64,000 bases of DNA from Nitrospirota bacterium. GTDB taxonomy: Bacteria; Nitrospirota; Nitrospiria; 2-01-FULL-66-17. Positions 38,774 to 47,800 of the stretch are shown here, piece after piece (the first letter of the stretch is position 1; the number at the start of each line of letters is the position of its first letter). The stretch is from the NCBI GenBank assembly GCA_049325295.1, contig JBMOMD010000033.1, positions 11,588 through 75,587 of the forward strand, written 5' to 3'. Made by a program: the position numbers and the translations under genes. Under the pieces are notes generated by a model. The model was not told the origin of the DNA, did no database searches, and worked only from the letters and a program-made list of their open reading frames with translations.

Positions 38774-39169
38774 TTATCTTCGCGCCACCAGTAGCGGCAT
38801 GACGGCGTATACCACGAGCATCAGAATATAGACCGTTCCCGCAACCGGGTCCCGGTTGGAGACGTATTGACTCAGCGTCAAACCCTGGAACCAAAGTACG
38901 ACGGTGAACTCCGGCACAAGGAGGAACATGAGCGCGACAACCCCCATCATGAGCCGGCGAGTCGGTACGGGTGGCACGCTGAGCCGCCGGCATGTCCATT
39001 GCGCCGCGAGCACGATCACCACGAACATGATGGGCATCTCCATCAGCTCGGCCGTTCGCTCGCCGAACCGCGGGACGACCCACAGGACGCGAATGGGCCC
39101 GAGCACGAATCCGGCGCCGAAGACAAGAACGAAGTAGAGGGCGGCGGCTTTTAGTCTAAGCAGAGGCAA
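38774..39169 (-). CDS. Hypothetical membrane protein (4 predicted TM helices)
   Basis: Hydrophobic 131-aa translation; no recognisable motif. Confidence 0.4.
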   Translation of the reverse strand: MPLLRLKAAALYFVLVFGAGFVLGPIRVLWVVPRFGERTAELMEMPIMFVVIVLAAQWTCRRLSVPPVPTRRLMMGVVALMFLLVPEFTVVLWFQGLTLSQYVSNRDPVAGTVYILMLVVYAVMPLLVARR

Positions 39170-39550
39170 ATCCCCCCTCGCCCCCCTTTTTCAAAGGGGG
39201 GGAATAACGATGCCTGAATGGATCTGAAGAGTGAATATCAACGTGCCTGCTTTGTTCCAAATCCCCCCCCTTTTTCAAAGGGGGGGATAACGATGCCTGA
39301 ATGGATCCGAAGAGTGAACATCAACGTGCCTGCTTTGTTCCAAATCCCCCCCTTTTTCAAAGGGGGGGGATAACGATGCCTGAATGGATCCGAAGAGTGA
39401 ACATCAACGTGCCTGCTTTGTTCCAAATCCCCCCCCCTTTTTCAAAGGGGGGGGATAACGATGCCTGAATGGATCTGAAGAGTGAATATCAACGTGCCTG
39501 CTTTGTTCCAAATCCCCCCTTTGGAAAAGGGGGGCTGGGGGGGATTTCGC
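39168..39550. repeat. Tandem array, ~4.4 copies of an 85-89-bp unit, each with a C7-TTTTTCAAA-G7 hairpin
   Basis: Unit 'aaatcccccccctttttcaaagggggggataacgatgcctgaatggatcYgaagagtgaaYatcaacgtgcctgctttgttcc' repeated head-to-tail; last copy degenerate. Confidence 0.85.
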
Positions 39551-39900
39551 TCCACTATGGTCCTATAAATCATCTCGACGACTACGGTCGTTTCCCGCAG
39601 CACCTGCGCATTATCGAATCGAAGCACACACAACCCCTGCCCCAAGCAATACTGATCGCGTTCGACATCGCGCGCTGCGTGACCAGCATCCATGTGTTGC
39701 GATCCGTCAACCTCTACAACGATGTGCGCCTCAGGCGCATAGAAGTCCACAATAATGGGTCCGAGTGGTTTCTGTCGATAGAACTGCACGCCCAGGATCT
39801 GTTTCCGGCGTAGGCGTGACCAGAGGAGGTGTTCGGCGTCGGTCAGAACTCGCCGAAGACGTCGGGCGGGCTGTTTGAGGTTGCGATTATAGGGGAGCAT
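39442..39900 (-). CDS. DUF559 endonuclease-domain protein (Vsr-like fold); C-terminus runs into the repeat array
   Basis: 'MLPYNRNLKQPARRLRRVLTDAEHLLWSRLRRKQILGVQFYRQKPLGPIIVDFYAPEAHIVVEVDGSQH' typical DUF559; the last ~25 codons are encoded by repeat units. Confidence 0.6.
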   Translation of the reverse strand: MLPYNRNLKQPARRLRRVLTDAEHLLWSRLRRKQILGVQFYRQKPLGPIIVDFYAPEAHIVVEVDGSQHMDAGHAARDVERDQYCLGQGLCVLRFDNAQVLRETTVVVEMIYRTIVERNPPQPPFSKGGIWNKAGTLIFTLQIHSGIVIPPL

Positions 39901-40004
39901 ATGGAAACCCTGTAGGGCGGAATCCCCGCTCACTCCTTTTTCAAGGGGGTATTGATTGGGAGTGTCGGCATTATGACGAATCGCGACAGAGAACACCAAT
40001 GCCG

Positions 40005-41045
40005 TCACTTTACGGTGATGCGTCCTTTCTCACCCAAGACTCCATCCACCGTAAGATCTCGGTCGATGAAGTGTCGAATGACCCAGCGGTTGGTCAGCAA
40101 GTGGGTGGTGACGGCTTCGGTGGTGATGGTCGATGGTCCGTGGGCCAGGGCCAGGTAGGGGAGGAGTTGGTCGGCGAGGTGGCGGTCCACGTTGGCGCCG
40201 CTCGTGACGAAGGTCAGGCAGGCGTCGGCGGTTTCGCGGCCCACGGCTTCGGCGCGTTTGCCGACGGCGCCGAGCGCGCCGAACCCTCCGGCGACATGGT
40301 GTGACTGAGCGTTGAGGAAGCAGAACGTGCCGCGGCCAACCGCCGGGGCGTCGATCAGTCGGACGTCGGTCCGGATGCCGGCGGCCGCGAGCGTTTGTGC
40401 GGCGGCCTCGCGCTGCCGCTCCGCGATGTGCAGCGGGAGGTTGGCGACCGCTGAGATCCCCGACGTGCGCGCGATGCGTCCGGCGTGGTCCCAGTCGAGT
40501 CCTCGGAGGTCGGGGCTGGGCTCGATCCGAGCAATGACTTCGCCCTTGCCGATGGGATAGAAGCCCCAGCGGATCAATTCGATGACGGCGTTGACTCCGA
40601 TCAGTCGCAGCGCGGGCAAAAAGACGTCGGAAAGGTACTGAATGGACGGCGAAAGCGGGACATGGGTGCCTCCGTGTAACACGATCCGACTTGGCGCGTC
40701 CGCGCGCGAGAGGGGGAGGAGGATCGCCTGCAGGATGAGCGAGACCGAGCCGGCCGAGCCCTTGCCCGCGGTCTGCTCCACGTCGAACGTGTAGTCGCCT
40801 CCGGTGATGCGGCCCGGGGTGAACACGAGGCGGTTCGATCCCAGCGCGGCGCCCTCGACCTTGGCGCGGCTGATCAGCGCACAGGCAAGGACTCCGGTCA
40901 GGTGCTGGGGTTGGAGGCCGGGCTTACTCCGGTTCTTGCGGACGTTGGTGATCCGGACGGCCTTACCTGTCACGCAGGAGAGCGCGAGCGCGGTTCGGAC
41001 GATTTGTCCGCCGCCTTCGCCGTATGAACCGTCGATGGTGATCAT
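40005..41045 (-). CDS. rtcA: RNA 3'-terminal phosphate cyclase
   Basis: 'IDGSYGEGGGQIVRTALALS', 'LHGGTHVPLSPS'; trimmed to the conserved Met (track ORF 41195 reads through upstream hairpin motif). Confidence 0.85.
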   Translation of the reverse strand: MITIDGSYGEGGGQIVRTALALSCVTGKAVRITNVRKNRSKPGLQPQHLTGVLACALISRAKVEGAALGSNRLVFTPGRITGGDYTFDVEQTAGKGSAGSVSLILQAILLPLSRADAPSRIVLHGGTHVPLSPSIQYLSDVFLPALRLIGVNAVIELIRWGFYPIGKGEVIARIEPSPDLRGLDWDHAGRIARTSGISAVANLPLHIAERQREAAAQTLAAAGIRTDVRLIDAPAVGRGTFCFLNAQSHHVAGGFGALGAVGKRAEAVGRETADACLTFVTSGANVDRHLADQLLPYLALAHGPSTITTEAVTTHLLTNRWVIRHFIDRDLTVDGVLGEKGRITVK

Positions 41046-41178
41046 GCCGTCGAGGCAAATCCCCCCACCCCCCCCTTTTTCAAAGGGGGGATAAAGATGC
41101 GGTTCCAGGTGTCCAGCGGGGCTCATTGTAACCCAGCGGCTGATTGGATATGCTGCGGCTGTTGTCGCGAGCCATGAC

Positions 41179-42744
41179 ATGACCGACGCGCTCATCCGAT
41201 CTCTTCAAGACCCCGCGTTGTACGACCATCCGGTGGACCGGTTCGAGGTGATCGAGACGCACATTTCCTGGGTGTTGCTGACCGGGGTCTACGCGTACAA
41301 GCTCAAGAAGCCGGTGGACTTCGGGTTCGTGAATTTCACGACCTTGGCGCGGCGCAAGTTCTTCTGCGAGGAGGAACTGCGGTTGAATCGACGCTTGGCG
41401 CCGGCCTGGTATCTCGGCGTGGTGGCCGTCACCGGGACGGTCGATCGTCCTCGGTTGGGCGGGCCGGGACCGGCCATCGAGTACGCGGTGAAGATGAAAC
41501 AATTTCCGCACGACGCGCGTCTTGATTTGGTGCTGGCGCGCGGAGAACTCACGCCCGAGCGGTTGGATGCCGAGGTGACGGCCATCGCGGAGTTTCATCG
41601 CCGCGCCGCGGTCGCGACCGCGGACTCACCCTTCGGGACCCCGGAGCGCGTGGCCAACCGGGTCCAGGAGAATCTCACCACCATTCGCGAGCATTCGGCT
41701 GACGCCGGTGATCTGCCGGTGCTCGAACGCCTGGATCGCCGGAGTCGCGCCGAGCACGCGGCGTTGGCCGAGACGTTCGGGGCGCGCAAACGCGACGGCT
41801 TCATTCGCGAATGCCACGGCGATCTGCACCTGGGCAATATGGCCTGGGTCGGCGTCGAGCCGGTGATTTTCGATTGCATCGAGTTCAACGACGATCTGCG
41901 GTGGATCGACGTGATGAGCGAAATCGCGTTCCTGGTGATGGATCTGAACCACCGCGGCGCCCCGGCCTTGGCCCGTCGAGCCCTCAATGCGTATCTGGAG
42001 GCGACCGGGGATTACGCGGGCCTGCGCGTGTTGCCGTACTACTTCGCGTATCGCTCCTTGGTTCGAGCCAAGGTGGCGTGCCTCCGGTTGTCACAGGGCA
42101 ATCTCGGCGCGTCGGAGCGAGCCGCGACCGCTCGGGAGGTTCGCCAGTATCTGGACCTGGCGGCCAGGCCTCCGAGGTCGGAGCGTCCGGTGCTCGTCAT
42201 CACCCATGGAGCCTCGGGTTCGGGCAAGTCCCACCTGGCGCAGGGCGTGGTCGAAACGATCGGGGCGATTCGGGTGCGAAGCGACGTGGAGCGTAAGCGT
42301 TTGGTCGGCCTGTCCTCGCACAGCCGGGCCGCGGCCGAGCCCGGCGCCGGGATCTATACGACCGATCTCACGGCGCGGACGTACGCGCGACTCGGTGAAT
42401 TGGCGGCCCTGTCCTTGGACGCGGGGTTTTCGGTGGTGGCGGACGCCACGTTTCTTAAACGCGCCCAACGCGACCAACTCCGCGCGGTGGCGCGGTCACG
42501 GTCCTCGCCGTGCGTCATCCTGGCGTCGCAGGCGCCGGAATCCGTTTTGCGGGAACGGATCGTGTCGCGCGCGCGCGCCGGGCGAGACGCGTCGGACGCG
42601 GACTTGGCGGTGCTGGCCGAGCAACTGCGCGGGATCGAACCCTTAACCGACGACGAACGTCGCGCGAGCGTGACCGTGGATACCGCGCGCCCGTTGGATC
42701 CGGCCGCGCTGGCCGACGCGATTCGCTCGGTCTTGGGGGGCTGA
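41179..42744 (+). CDS. Two-domain kinase: N-terminal phosphotransferase (APH-like) + C-terminal P-loop kinase ('bifunctional aminoglycoside phosphotransferase/ATP-binding protein' family)
   Basis: N-terminal 'CHGDLHLGNM' Brenner-like motif; C-terminal Walker A 'ITHGASGSGKSHLAQ'. Confidence 0.7.
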   Translation: MTDALIRSLQDPALYDHPVDRFEVIETHISWVLLTGVYAYKLKKPVDFGFVNFTTLARRKFFCEEELRLNRRLAPAWYLGVVAVTGTVDRPRLGGPGPAIEYAVKMKQFPHDARLDLVLARGELTPERLDAEVTAIAEFHRRAAVATADSPFGTPERVANRVQENLTTIREHSADAGDLPVLERLDRRSRAEHAALAETFGARKRDGFIRECHGDLHLGNMAWVGVEPVIFDCIEFNDDLRWIDVMSEIAFLVMDLNHRGAPALARRALNAYLEATGDYAGLRVLPYYFAYRSLVRAKVACLRLSQGNLGASERAATAREVRQYLDLAARPPRSERPVLVITHGASGSGKSHLAQGVVETIGAIRVRSDVERKRLVGLSSHSRAAAEPGAGIYTTDLTARTYARLGELAALSLDAGFSVVADATFLKRAQRDQLRAVARSRSSPCVILASQAPESVLRERIVSRARAGRDASDADLAVLAEQLRGIEPLTDDERRASVTVDTARPLDPAALADAIRSVLGG

Positions 42745-42759
42745 ATCAACCTTCGGGCA

Positions 42760-45700
42760 TCAGCCGACGCCGCCCTGAGACATCAGGGACTCGACGGCGT
42801 CCGCCGGGAGCGGCCGGCTGTAGAAGTAGCCTTGAGCGAAGTCGCAGCCCAACGAACGCAAAAATTCGGCTTGGGTCGCCGTCTCCACGCCTTCCGCGAT
42901 CACCTGAAGCCGAAGGCTGTGGGCCAATGAGACGATCGCCGAGGCGATCGCCGAATGATCGGGGTCGGCCGGCAGGTTGGCGACAAAGGATCGATCAATC
43001 TTGAGCGTGTCGATCGGGAACCGCTTGAGATAACTCAGCGAGGAGTAGCCGGTTCCGAAATCATCGATTGAAAACCTGATGCCGAGTTCACGCAACTCGG
43101 TGAACCGGGCGAGCACGGTCGGCTCGTGCTCGAGTAACAGGCTCTCCGTGACCTCGATTTCCAGCCAGTGGGCCGGGATGTTGGCGTCGAGGAGCATCCT
43201 CGCGACGCTGGCGGGGAAATCCGGCTGTCGAAACTGCCGCGGCGACACGTTGACCGAGACGCGTGCAAGCGACAAACCGGCGTCCCGCCAGGTCTTGGTT
43301 TGCGTGAGCGCGGCGCGGAGGACCCACTGACCGATCGACGTGATCAACCCGGTTTCCTCAGCCACGGGGATGAACTCCACCGGTGGGACCATCCCCCGGT
43401 CCGGGCGCGACCAGCGAATGAGCGCCTCGACGCCGACGATTCGGCCCGTGGATAGATCGATCTGCGGCTGGTAGTGGAGGCGGAACTCGTCGCGCTCCTG
43501 CGCCCGGCGAAGGTTGGTCTCCAGGTCGAGGCGTTCGATGGCCTTGGCGTTCATGTCGGCCGTGTAGAACTGGTAGGTGTTTCGTCCGGTCTCCTTGGCG
43601 CGATACATCGCGGTGTCGGCGTTCTTCAGCAAATGTTCCACTCGGTCGTCGTCCGTCGGATACAGGGTGATGCCGATGCTCGCCGTCGCGTACAACTCAT
43701 GTCGTCCGAATCGGACGGGCTGCGAGAACTCGTCGAGGATTCGGCGCGCGACGTTGGCGGCGTCCTCGGCGTGAGCCATGTCGGCCAACACGATCGCGTA
43801 TTCATCGCCGCCCAACCTGGCCACCGAGTCTCCCTCCCTGACGCAGCGGTTCAGGCGCTCCGCCACGGTTTTGAGGACGTCGTCGCCCACTTCGTGGCCC
43901 AAGGTGTCGTTGATGGTCTTGAAGCGGTCGAGATCGAGGAACATCACGCCCACGACCCGCTGGTGGCGCGTCGCGTTGATCACGGCGTGGGTCAATCGGT
44001 CTTGGAGCAGCAGCCGATTCGGCAGGCCGGTGAGCGCGTCGTAATGCGCGAGATGATCGAGCCGCTCTTGAGCCCGTTTTCGTTCCGTGATATCGCGGAC
44101 GATGCCCACGAACCGCGGTCCGTCGTCGAGGCGCATCTCGCTGATCGCCAGGTCCATGGGAAACGTCGAGCCGTCTTTCCGCAGGCCGATGACCTCACGG
44201 GGGCCGACGCCGATAATTCGGCCTTGGCCCGTGGCGGCGTAACGCCGGATGTATTCGTCATGCGCGCTGCGGTCGGGCTCAATCATCAACATGGAGACGT
44301 TGCGGCCCACGACCTCCGACGCGGGGTACCCGAAGAGGCGCTCGGCGGCGGGGTTGAACGAATCGACGATTCCGCGTTCGTCGATCGTCACGATCCCGTC
44401 GGCGCTGCTGGTCACGATTGAGCGCAATCGGTATTCGCTCGTCCGCAGGCTCTCCTCGGCGCGCGTCCGCTCGATGGCGATGCCGGCCATTTGAGCCGCC
44501 GTGGCGAGCAATTTCAAGTCCGCTTCGGTGGGGGTGTAACGGGAGCCCGCGTACATGGCGAACGTGCCCAGTACGCGGCGGTCCGACGACAGGATCGGGT
44601 GCGACCAACACGCGCGCAACCCGTGAGAGAGCGCCAGATGGCGGAAATCTTCCCACAGCGGGTCGGTTTCGATATCGTCGACCGCCACGAGTTCTTTTCG
44701 ATACGCGGCGGTCCCGCACGAACCGACGCCGGGGCCGATCGCGATGCCGTCGATGGCCCGGTTGTAGGCGGCGGGGAGGCTCGGCCCCGCCCCCAAGCGC
44801 AACCGAGTACCGGTCGGGTCCACGACAAGCGCCGAGCAGGGGCCCGCGGTGTATTGGTGTTCAATCGCCTGCACCAGGGCCAGGAGGACGTTCGGGAGCG
44901 CGGCCCCGGTCGCCAGCAGCTCAAGCGTGCGGTTGTAGCCCGCCATGGTCCGCTCGTGTTGCTTGCGCTCGGCTTGCGCGCGCGCGTTAGCCATCACGAG
45001 GGCCAGCGATTCCGCAAAACTCGTGGCCAACAGTTCATCGTGGTCGCTGAATGGTTGGTCGGTCGTTTTGTCGCACAAGTACACTCGACCGAACACTTGT
45101 CCGCGATAGGAAATCGGCACCGCGAGCAGCGACCGCATCACCGGGTGGTTCGGAGGAAAGCCCGCCGCGCGGGGATCACGCGTGAGGTCATCGATCCGGA
45201 GAGGACGGTTCTCGCGGAGCACGGCGCCCAAGAGCCCGCGGCCCTGGGGGAGTTGGCCGATGCGGTCCGCGTCCTCGGGGCTGAGTCCCGTGTAAAAGAA
45301 GCGGGCGAGGCCGCTCGTGTCATCAAAAATGCCCACCGCGCCGTACCGTGCTTGGACGAGCGCGGTCAGGGCGTCGATGCCGCGTTGCAAAAGGTCGCCT
45401 TCCAACGACTGCATCGCGAGGAGCCCCAACAAGTTGGTCGATGCCGCGTGCAGTTCTTCCAGTCGCGCCGACCAGGCGAGCAACCGTTTTCGGTCGTCTT
45501 CGGCCTGGTGGCGCAGGCGCTGCGACTCATCCCGCAGGATCCGCTCGTGGTTGAGGAGCGAAGCGAACAGACTGGTTCGGGTGACCGCGCCCGCAAACCG
45601 TCCGTCCGTACCGAGCACCGCCACGGCTTCCCCGCCGTCCATTTTGGCGAGCACGTCTTCCAGCGAGGTGTCGAGAGCGATGGGCTGCGGCGAGTGCGGA

Positions 45701-45915
45701 GGAATCAGGTCGGCGAAGATGCGGTGTGGAAAGCGGGCAACGTCGTCGGACGCGACCAGGCCCAGAAACGACCCGTCATCACCGCGCGCGTCGGTCTCCG
45801 CGAACACGGCGTACAGGAGGGAGACCCCTTGCTCCCGGCAGTCCGCCGGGCGCATTTCGCCGCTCACGCGCAGCACCGGCTGATGGAGCGCGTCGGCGGC
45901 GATCAACACCTTCAC
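42760..45915 (-). CDS. Multidomain c-di-GMP turnover protein: CBS pair - GAF - GAF - PAS - GGDEF - EAL
   Basis: 'RLGGDEYAIVL' (GGDEF), 'EALIRW' and 'DDFGTGYSSLSYL' (EAL), PAS 'LRSIVTSSADGIVTID', N-terminal CBS pair. Confidence 0.85.
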   Translation of the reverse strand: MKVLIAADALHQPVLRVSGEMRPADCREQGVSLLYAVFAETDARGDDGSFLGLVASDDVARFPHRIFADLIPPHSPQPIALDTSLEDVLAKMDGGEAVAVLGTDGRFAGAVTRTSLFASLLNHERILRDESQRLRHQAEDDRKRLLAWSARLEELHAASTNLLGLLAMQSLEGDLLQRGIDALTALVQARYGAVGIFDDTSGLARFFYTGLSPEDADRIGQLPQGRGLLGAVLRENRPLRIDDLTRDPRAAGFPPNHPVMRSLLAVPISYRGQVFGRVYLCDKTTDQPFSDHDELLATSFAESLALVMANARAQAERKQHERTMAGYNRTLELLATGAALPNVLLALVQAIEHQYTAGPCSALVVDPTGTRLRLGAGPSLPAAYNRAIDGIAIGPGVGSCGTAAYRKELVAVDDIETDPLWEDFRHLALSHGLRACWSHPILSSDRRVLGTFAMYAGSRYTPTEADLKLLATAAQMAGIAIERTRAEESLRTSEYRLRSIVTSSADGIVTIDERGIVDSFNPAAERLFGYPASEVVGRNVSMLMIEPDRSAHDEYIRRYAATGQGRIIGVGPREVIGLRKDGSTFPMDLAISEMRLDDGPRFVGIVRDITERKRAQERLDHLAHYDALTGLPNRLLLQDRLTHAVINATRHQRVVGVMFLDLDRFKTINDTLGHEVGDDVLKTVAERLNRCVREGDSVARLGGDEYAIVLADMAHAEDAANVARRILDEFSQPVRFGRHELYATASIGITLYPTDDDRVEHLLKNADTAMYRAKETGRNTYQFYTADMNAKAIERLDLETNLRRAQERDEFRLHYQPQIDLSTGRIVGVEALIRWSRPDRGMVPPVEFIPVAEETGLITSIGQWVLRAALTQTKTWRDAGLSLARVSVNVSPRQFRQPDFPASVARMLLDANIPAHWLEIEVTESLLLEHEPTVLARFTELRELGIRFSIDDFGTGYSSLSYLKRFPIDTLKIDRSFVANLPADPDHSAIASAIVSLAHSLRLQVIAEGVETATQAEFLRSLGCDFAQGYFYSRPLPADAVESLMSQGGVG

Positions 45916-46256
45916 AGGTTTTGCGGCTCCATGGACACCTCGATGTCGACATCCATATGCAGCACCTCGTCAGGCTCCATCATCGGTTTGACCTGTTGGA
46001 TCACGAATGCGACCAACTTCTCCTTCGGGAGGCGTCGCAACAGGTTTGCACGCACGAGGATATCGGAGACCACGGGATCGTCAACCTCAATGTGTTCGAA
46101 CGGCGAGGAAACCAGGAGGCTGATCGCCTTGCGGATCGCCGCGCAACCGATTGGCGACTGCCTGCCGAGGACGAGGCCGTCATGGATGGGGGGAATGCTG
46201 AATTCCTTGATCCGAGCTCTGAGGGTGTGTTGCCGCTGATGCGCTGATTTGGTCAC
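45912..46256 (-). CDS. Hypothetical small protein (GTG start with AAGGAGGG RBS); stop codon overlaps the start of the 1051-aa GGDEF-EAL gene
   Basis: RBS 'aaggaggg' 6 nt upstream of GTG 46256; no family recognised. Confidence 0.4.
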   Translation of the reverse strand: MTKSAHQRQHTLRARIKEFSIPPIHDGLVLGRQSPIGCAAIRKAISLLVSSPFEHIEVDDPVVSDILVRANLLRRLPKEKLVAFVIQQVKPMMEPDEVLHMDVDIEVSMEPQNL

Positions 46257-46593
46257 GTCGAACCCTCCTTGTTCGAGGTGAACTGCGTCGCGTAAGGGCC
46301 GTTGAGCGAGTTGAGCGGCTCTGGGACGCGCCGCCAGCGGTTTATACCGGAATGCACTGTCCATAGCAAGCGGTCGGTTCAAGAGGTCCCGGAAGAACTG
46401 TTTTGATCGCATGAACTATAGAAAAAGTGGGCAAGCATCGGCTATGACGAGTGTCAGGGTGCGAACTGCGGGCCATCACGACGGACAGGCTGGAGTATGG
46501 ATGGTTCGTTGCCGTGTCGTGGTCGAGCATTCACCCCTGGCGGACGCGATTCGGTCTGGCGGGATTGCGTGGTGGTGAGGCGGCAACGAGAGG

Positions 46594-47301
46594 TTACGCC
46601 TCCGTGAGACCGCGGAGCTGGTCGGGACGGAGGAGCACGATCTGTTTGGCGTGATCTTTGAGCACGCCGAGTTTGCGAAACGCGCTCAATGCCCGGATCA
46701 CGCTTTCCGGCGTGGCCCCGATCATCTCCGCGAGGTTCTCGCGGGTCAACGGCACGTCGATCACGCGGCCGTCGGGCACCGTGGCGCCGTGGCGGTCGGC
46801 CAGTTCCAACAACAGGGCGGCGAGACGGCGTTTGACGTCGAGCGAGGTCAGCGCGAACGATCGATCTTCCGACCTGGCGAGTTCCTGCGAGAGGTGTTGG
46901 ATGATCCGCAACGCCACCGACGGGTTGGCGCTCAAGAACGCGAGGAACTGCTCTTTTTTCACGAAACACACGGTCGAGTCTTCGAGCGCTTCCGCGCTGA
47001 CCGTGTGGCGATCCGACAGGAACAGGTCCTTTTCTTCCAGGAGACCGCAGGGGCCGACGAGGTTCAGGATCTGGGTCTTGCCGGTTGACGAGGAGCGACT
47101 CAGCTTGACCTTGCCCGAACAGACGATCGAGATCCCCAGGTTCGGTTCGCCTTGGTAAAAAATTCGCTGGTGTTTCCGGTAGCGGCTGGTGAGTTTGAGA
47201 TTGCAGAACTCGTTGAGCCGGGGCTCGGGAAGCTCGCCGAACACGCTCTGTTCGCGGTACGGACAGAGTCGGCACACGCTGTCTGTGACGGACGTCATCA
47301 A
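46594..47301 (-). CDS. Crp/Fnr family transcriptional regulator with N-terminal Cys cluster
   Basis: cNMP-binding fold ('IFYQGEPNLGISIVCSGKVKL') and C-terminal HTH ('RENLAEMIGATPESVIRALSAF'); N-terminal 'CRLCPYRE..C'. Confidence 0.8.
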   Translation of the reverse strand: MMTSVTDSVCRLCPYREQSVFGELPEPRLNEFCNLKLTSRYRKHQRIFYQGEPNLGISIVCSGKVKLSRSSSTGKTQILNLVGPCGLLEEKDLFLSDRHTVSAEALEDSTVCFVKKEQFLAFLSANPSVALRIIQHLSQELARSEDRSFALTSLDVKRRLAALLLELADRHGATVPDGRVIDVPLTRENLAEMIGATPESVIRALSAFRKLGVLKDHAKQIVLLRPDQLRGLTEA

Positions 47302-47536
47302 GTGGGATCGCGTGACACAGTCGAACTCATGATCCCCGGGTGGCGATCAAAAGTCAATGGTTCCCGCGCCCGGAGCACGTGGCATTCGGACGCTCTCCGC
47401 CTTCGGCGGACCGGCATGGCCCTGTTCGGGGAAGGCAAAACACTCCCTTCGAGGGATAGGGTTTTCGGTAGCCGCGGGACACAATACCAGCTGCGTCATC
47501 GCGCCGTTGATCAACCCAAGCCGGAGAGGAGGAGAC

Positions 47537-47800
47537 ATGCCGATACCGGGACATCTCGAAGAGGCGGCCGCGCGGCTCAGCGAGGCGTCGTGGCGGATCG
47601 ACCAGGCCAAGGCCAAGCCGTTCAACGCCGAGACGGAGCGGGAGTGGCTGTCCGCGCTCACGGATTATTCCTTGGCGCTGTCGGACATCCAGCGGTTCAA
47701 CAACGAGTCCATCCATGAGAAGCTTCATGCGCTGACCGGGCGGGTGGAACGGTTGAGCCGGGCAGGATCGTCCGCGGAGTTGTCCGTGGAGCCTGATTAG
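47537..47800 (+). CDS. Hypothetical small helical protein
   Basis: Strong RBS 'ggagaggaggagac' before ATG 47537; 87 aa, no motif. Confidence 0.4.
   Translation: MPIPGHLEEAAARLSEASWRIDQAKAKPFNAETEREWLSALTDYSLALSDIQRFNNESIHEKLHALTGRVERLSRAGSSAELSVEPD

Noticed and set aside
39168-39550. Possible CRISPR array
   Set aside because: Repeat units are contiguous (period ~87 bp equals unit length), so there are no unique spacers; no cas genes nearby. Classified as a tandem repeat.
44491-46239. 582-aa plus-strand ORF
   Set aside because: Antisense to the strongly supported CBS-GAF-PAS-GGDEF-EAL gene.
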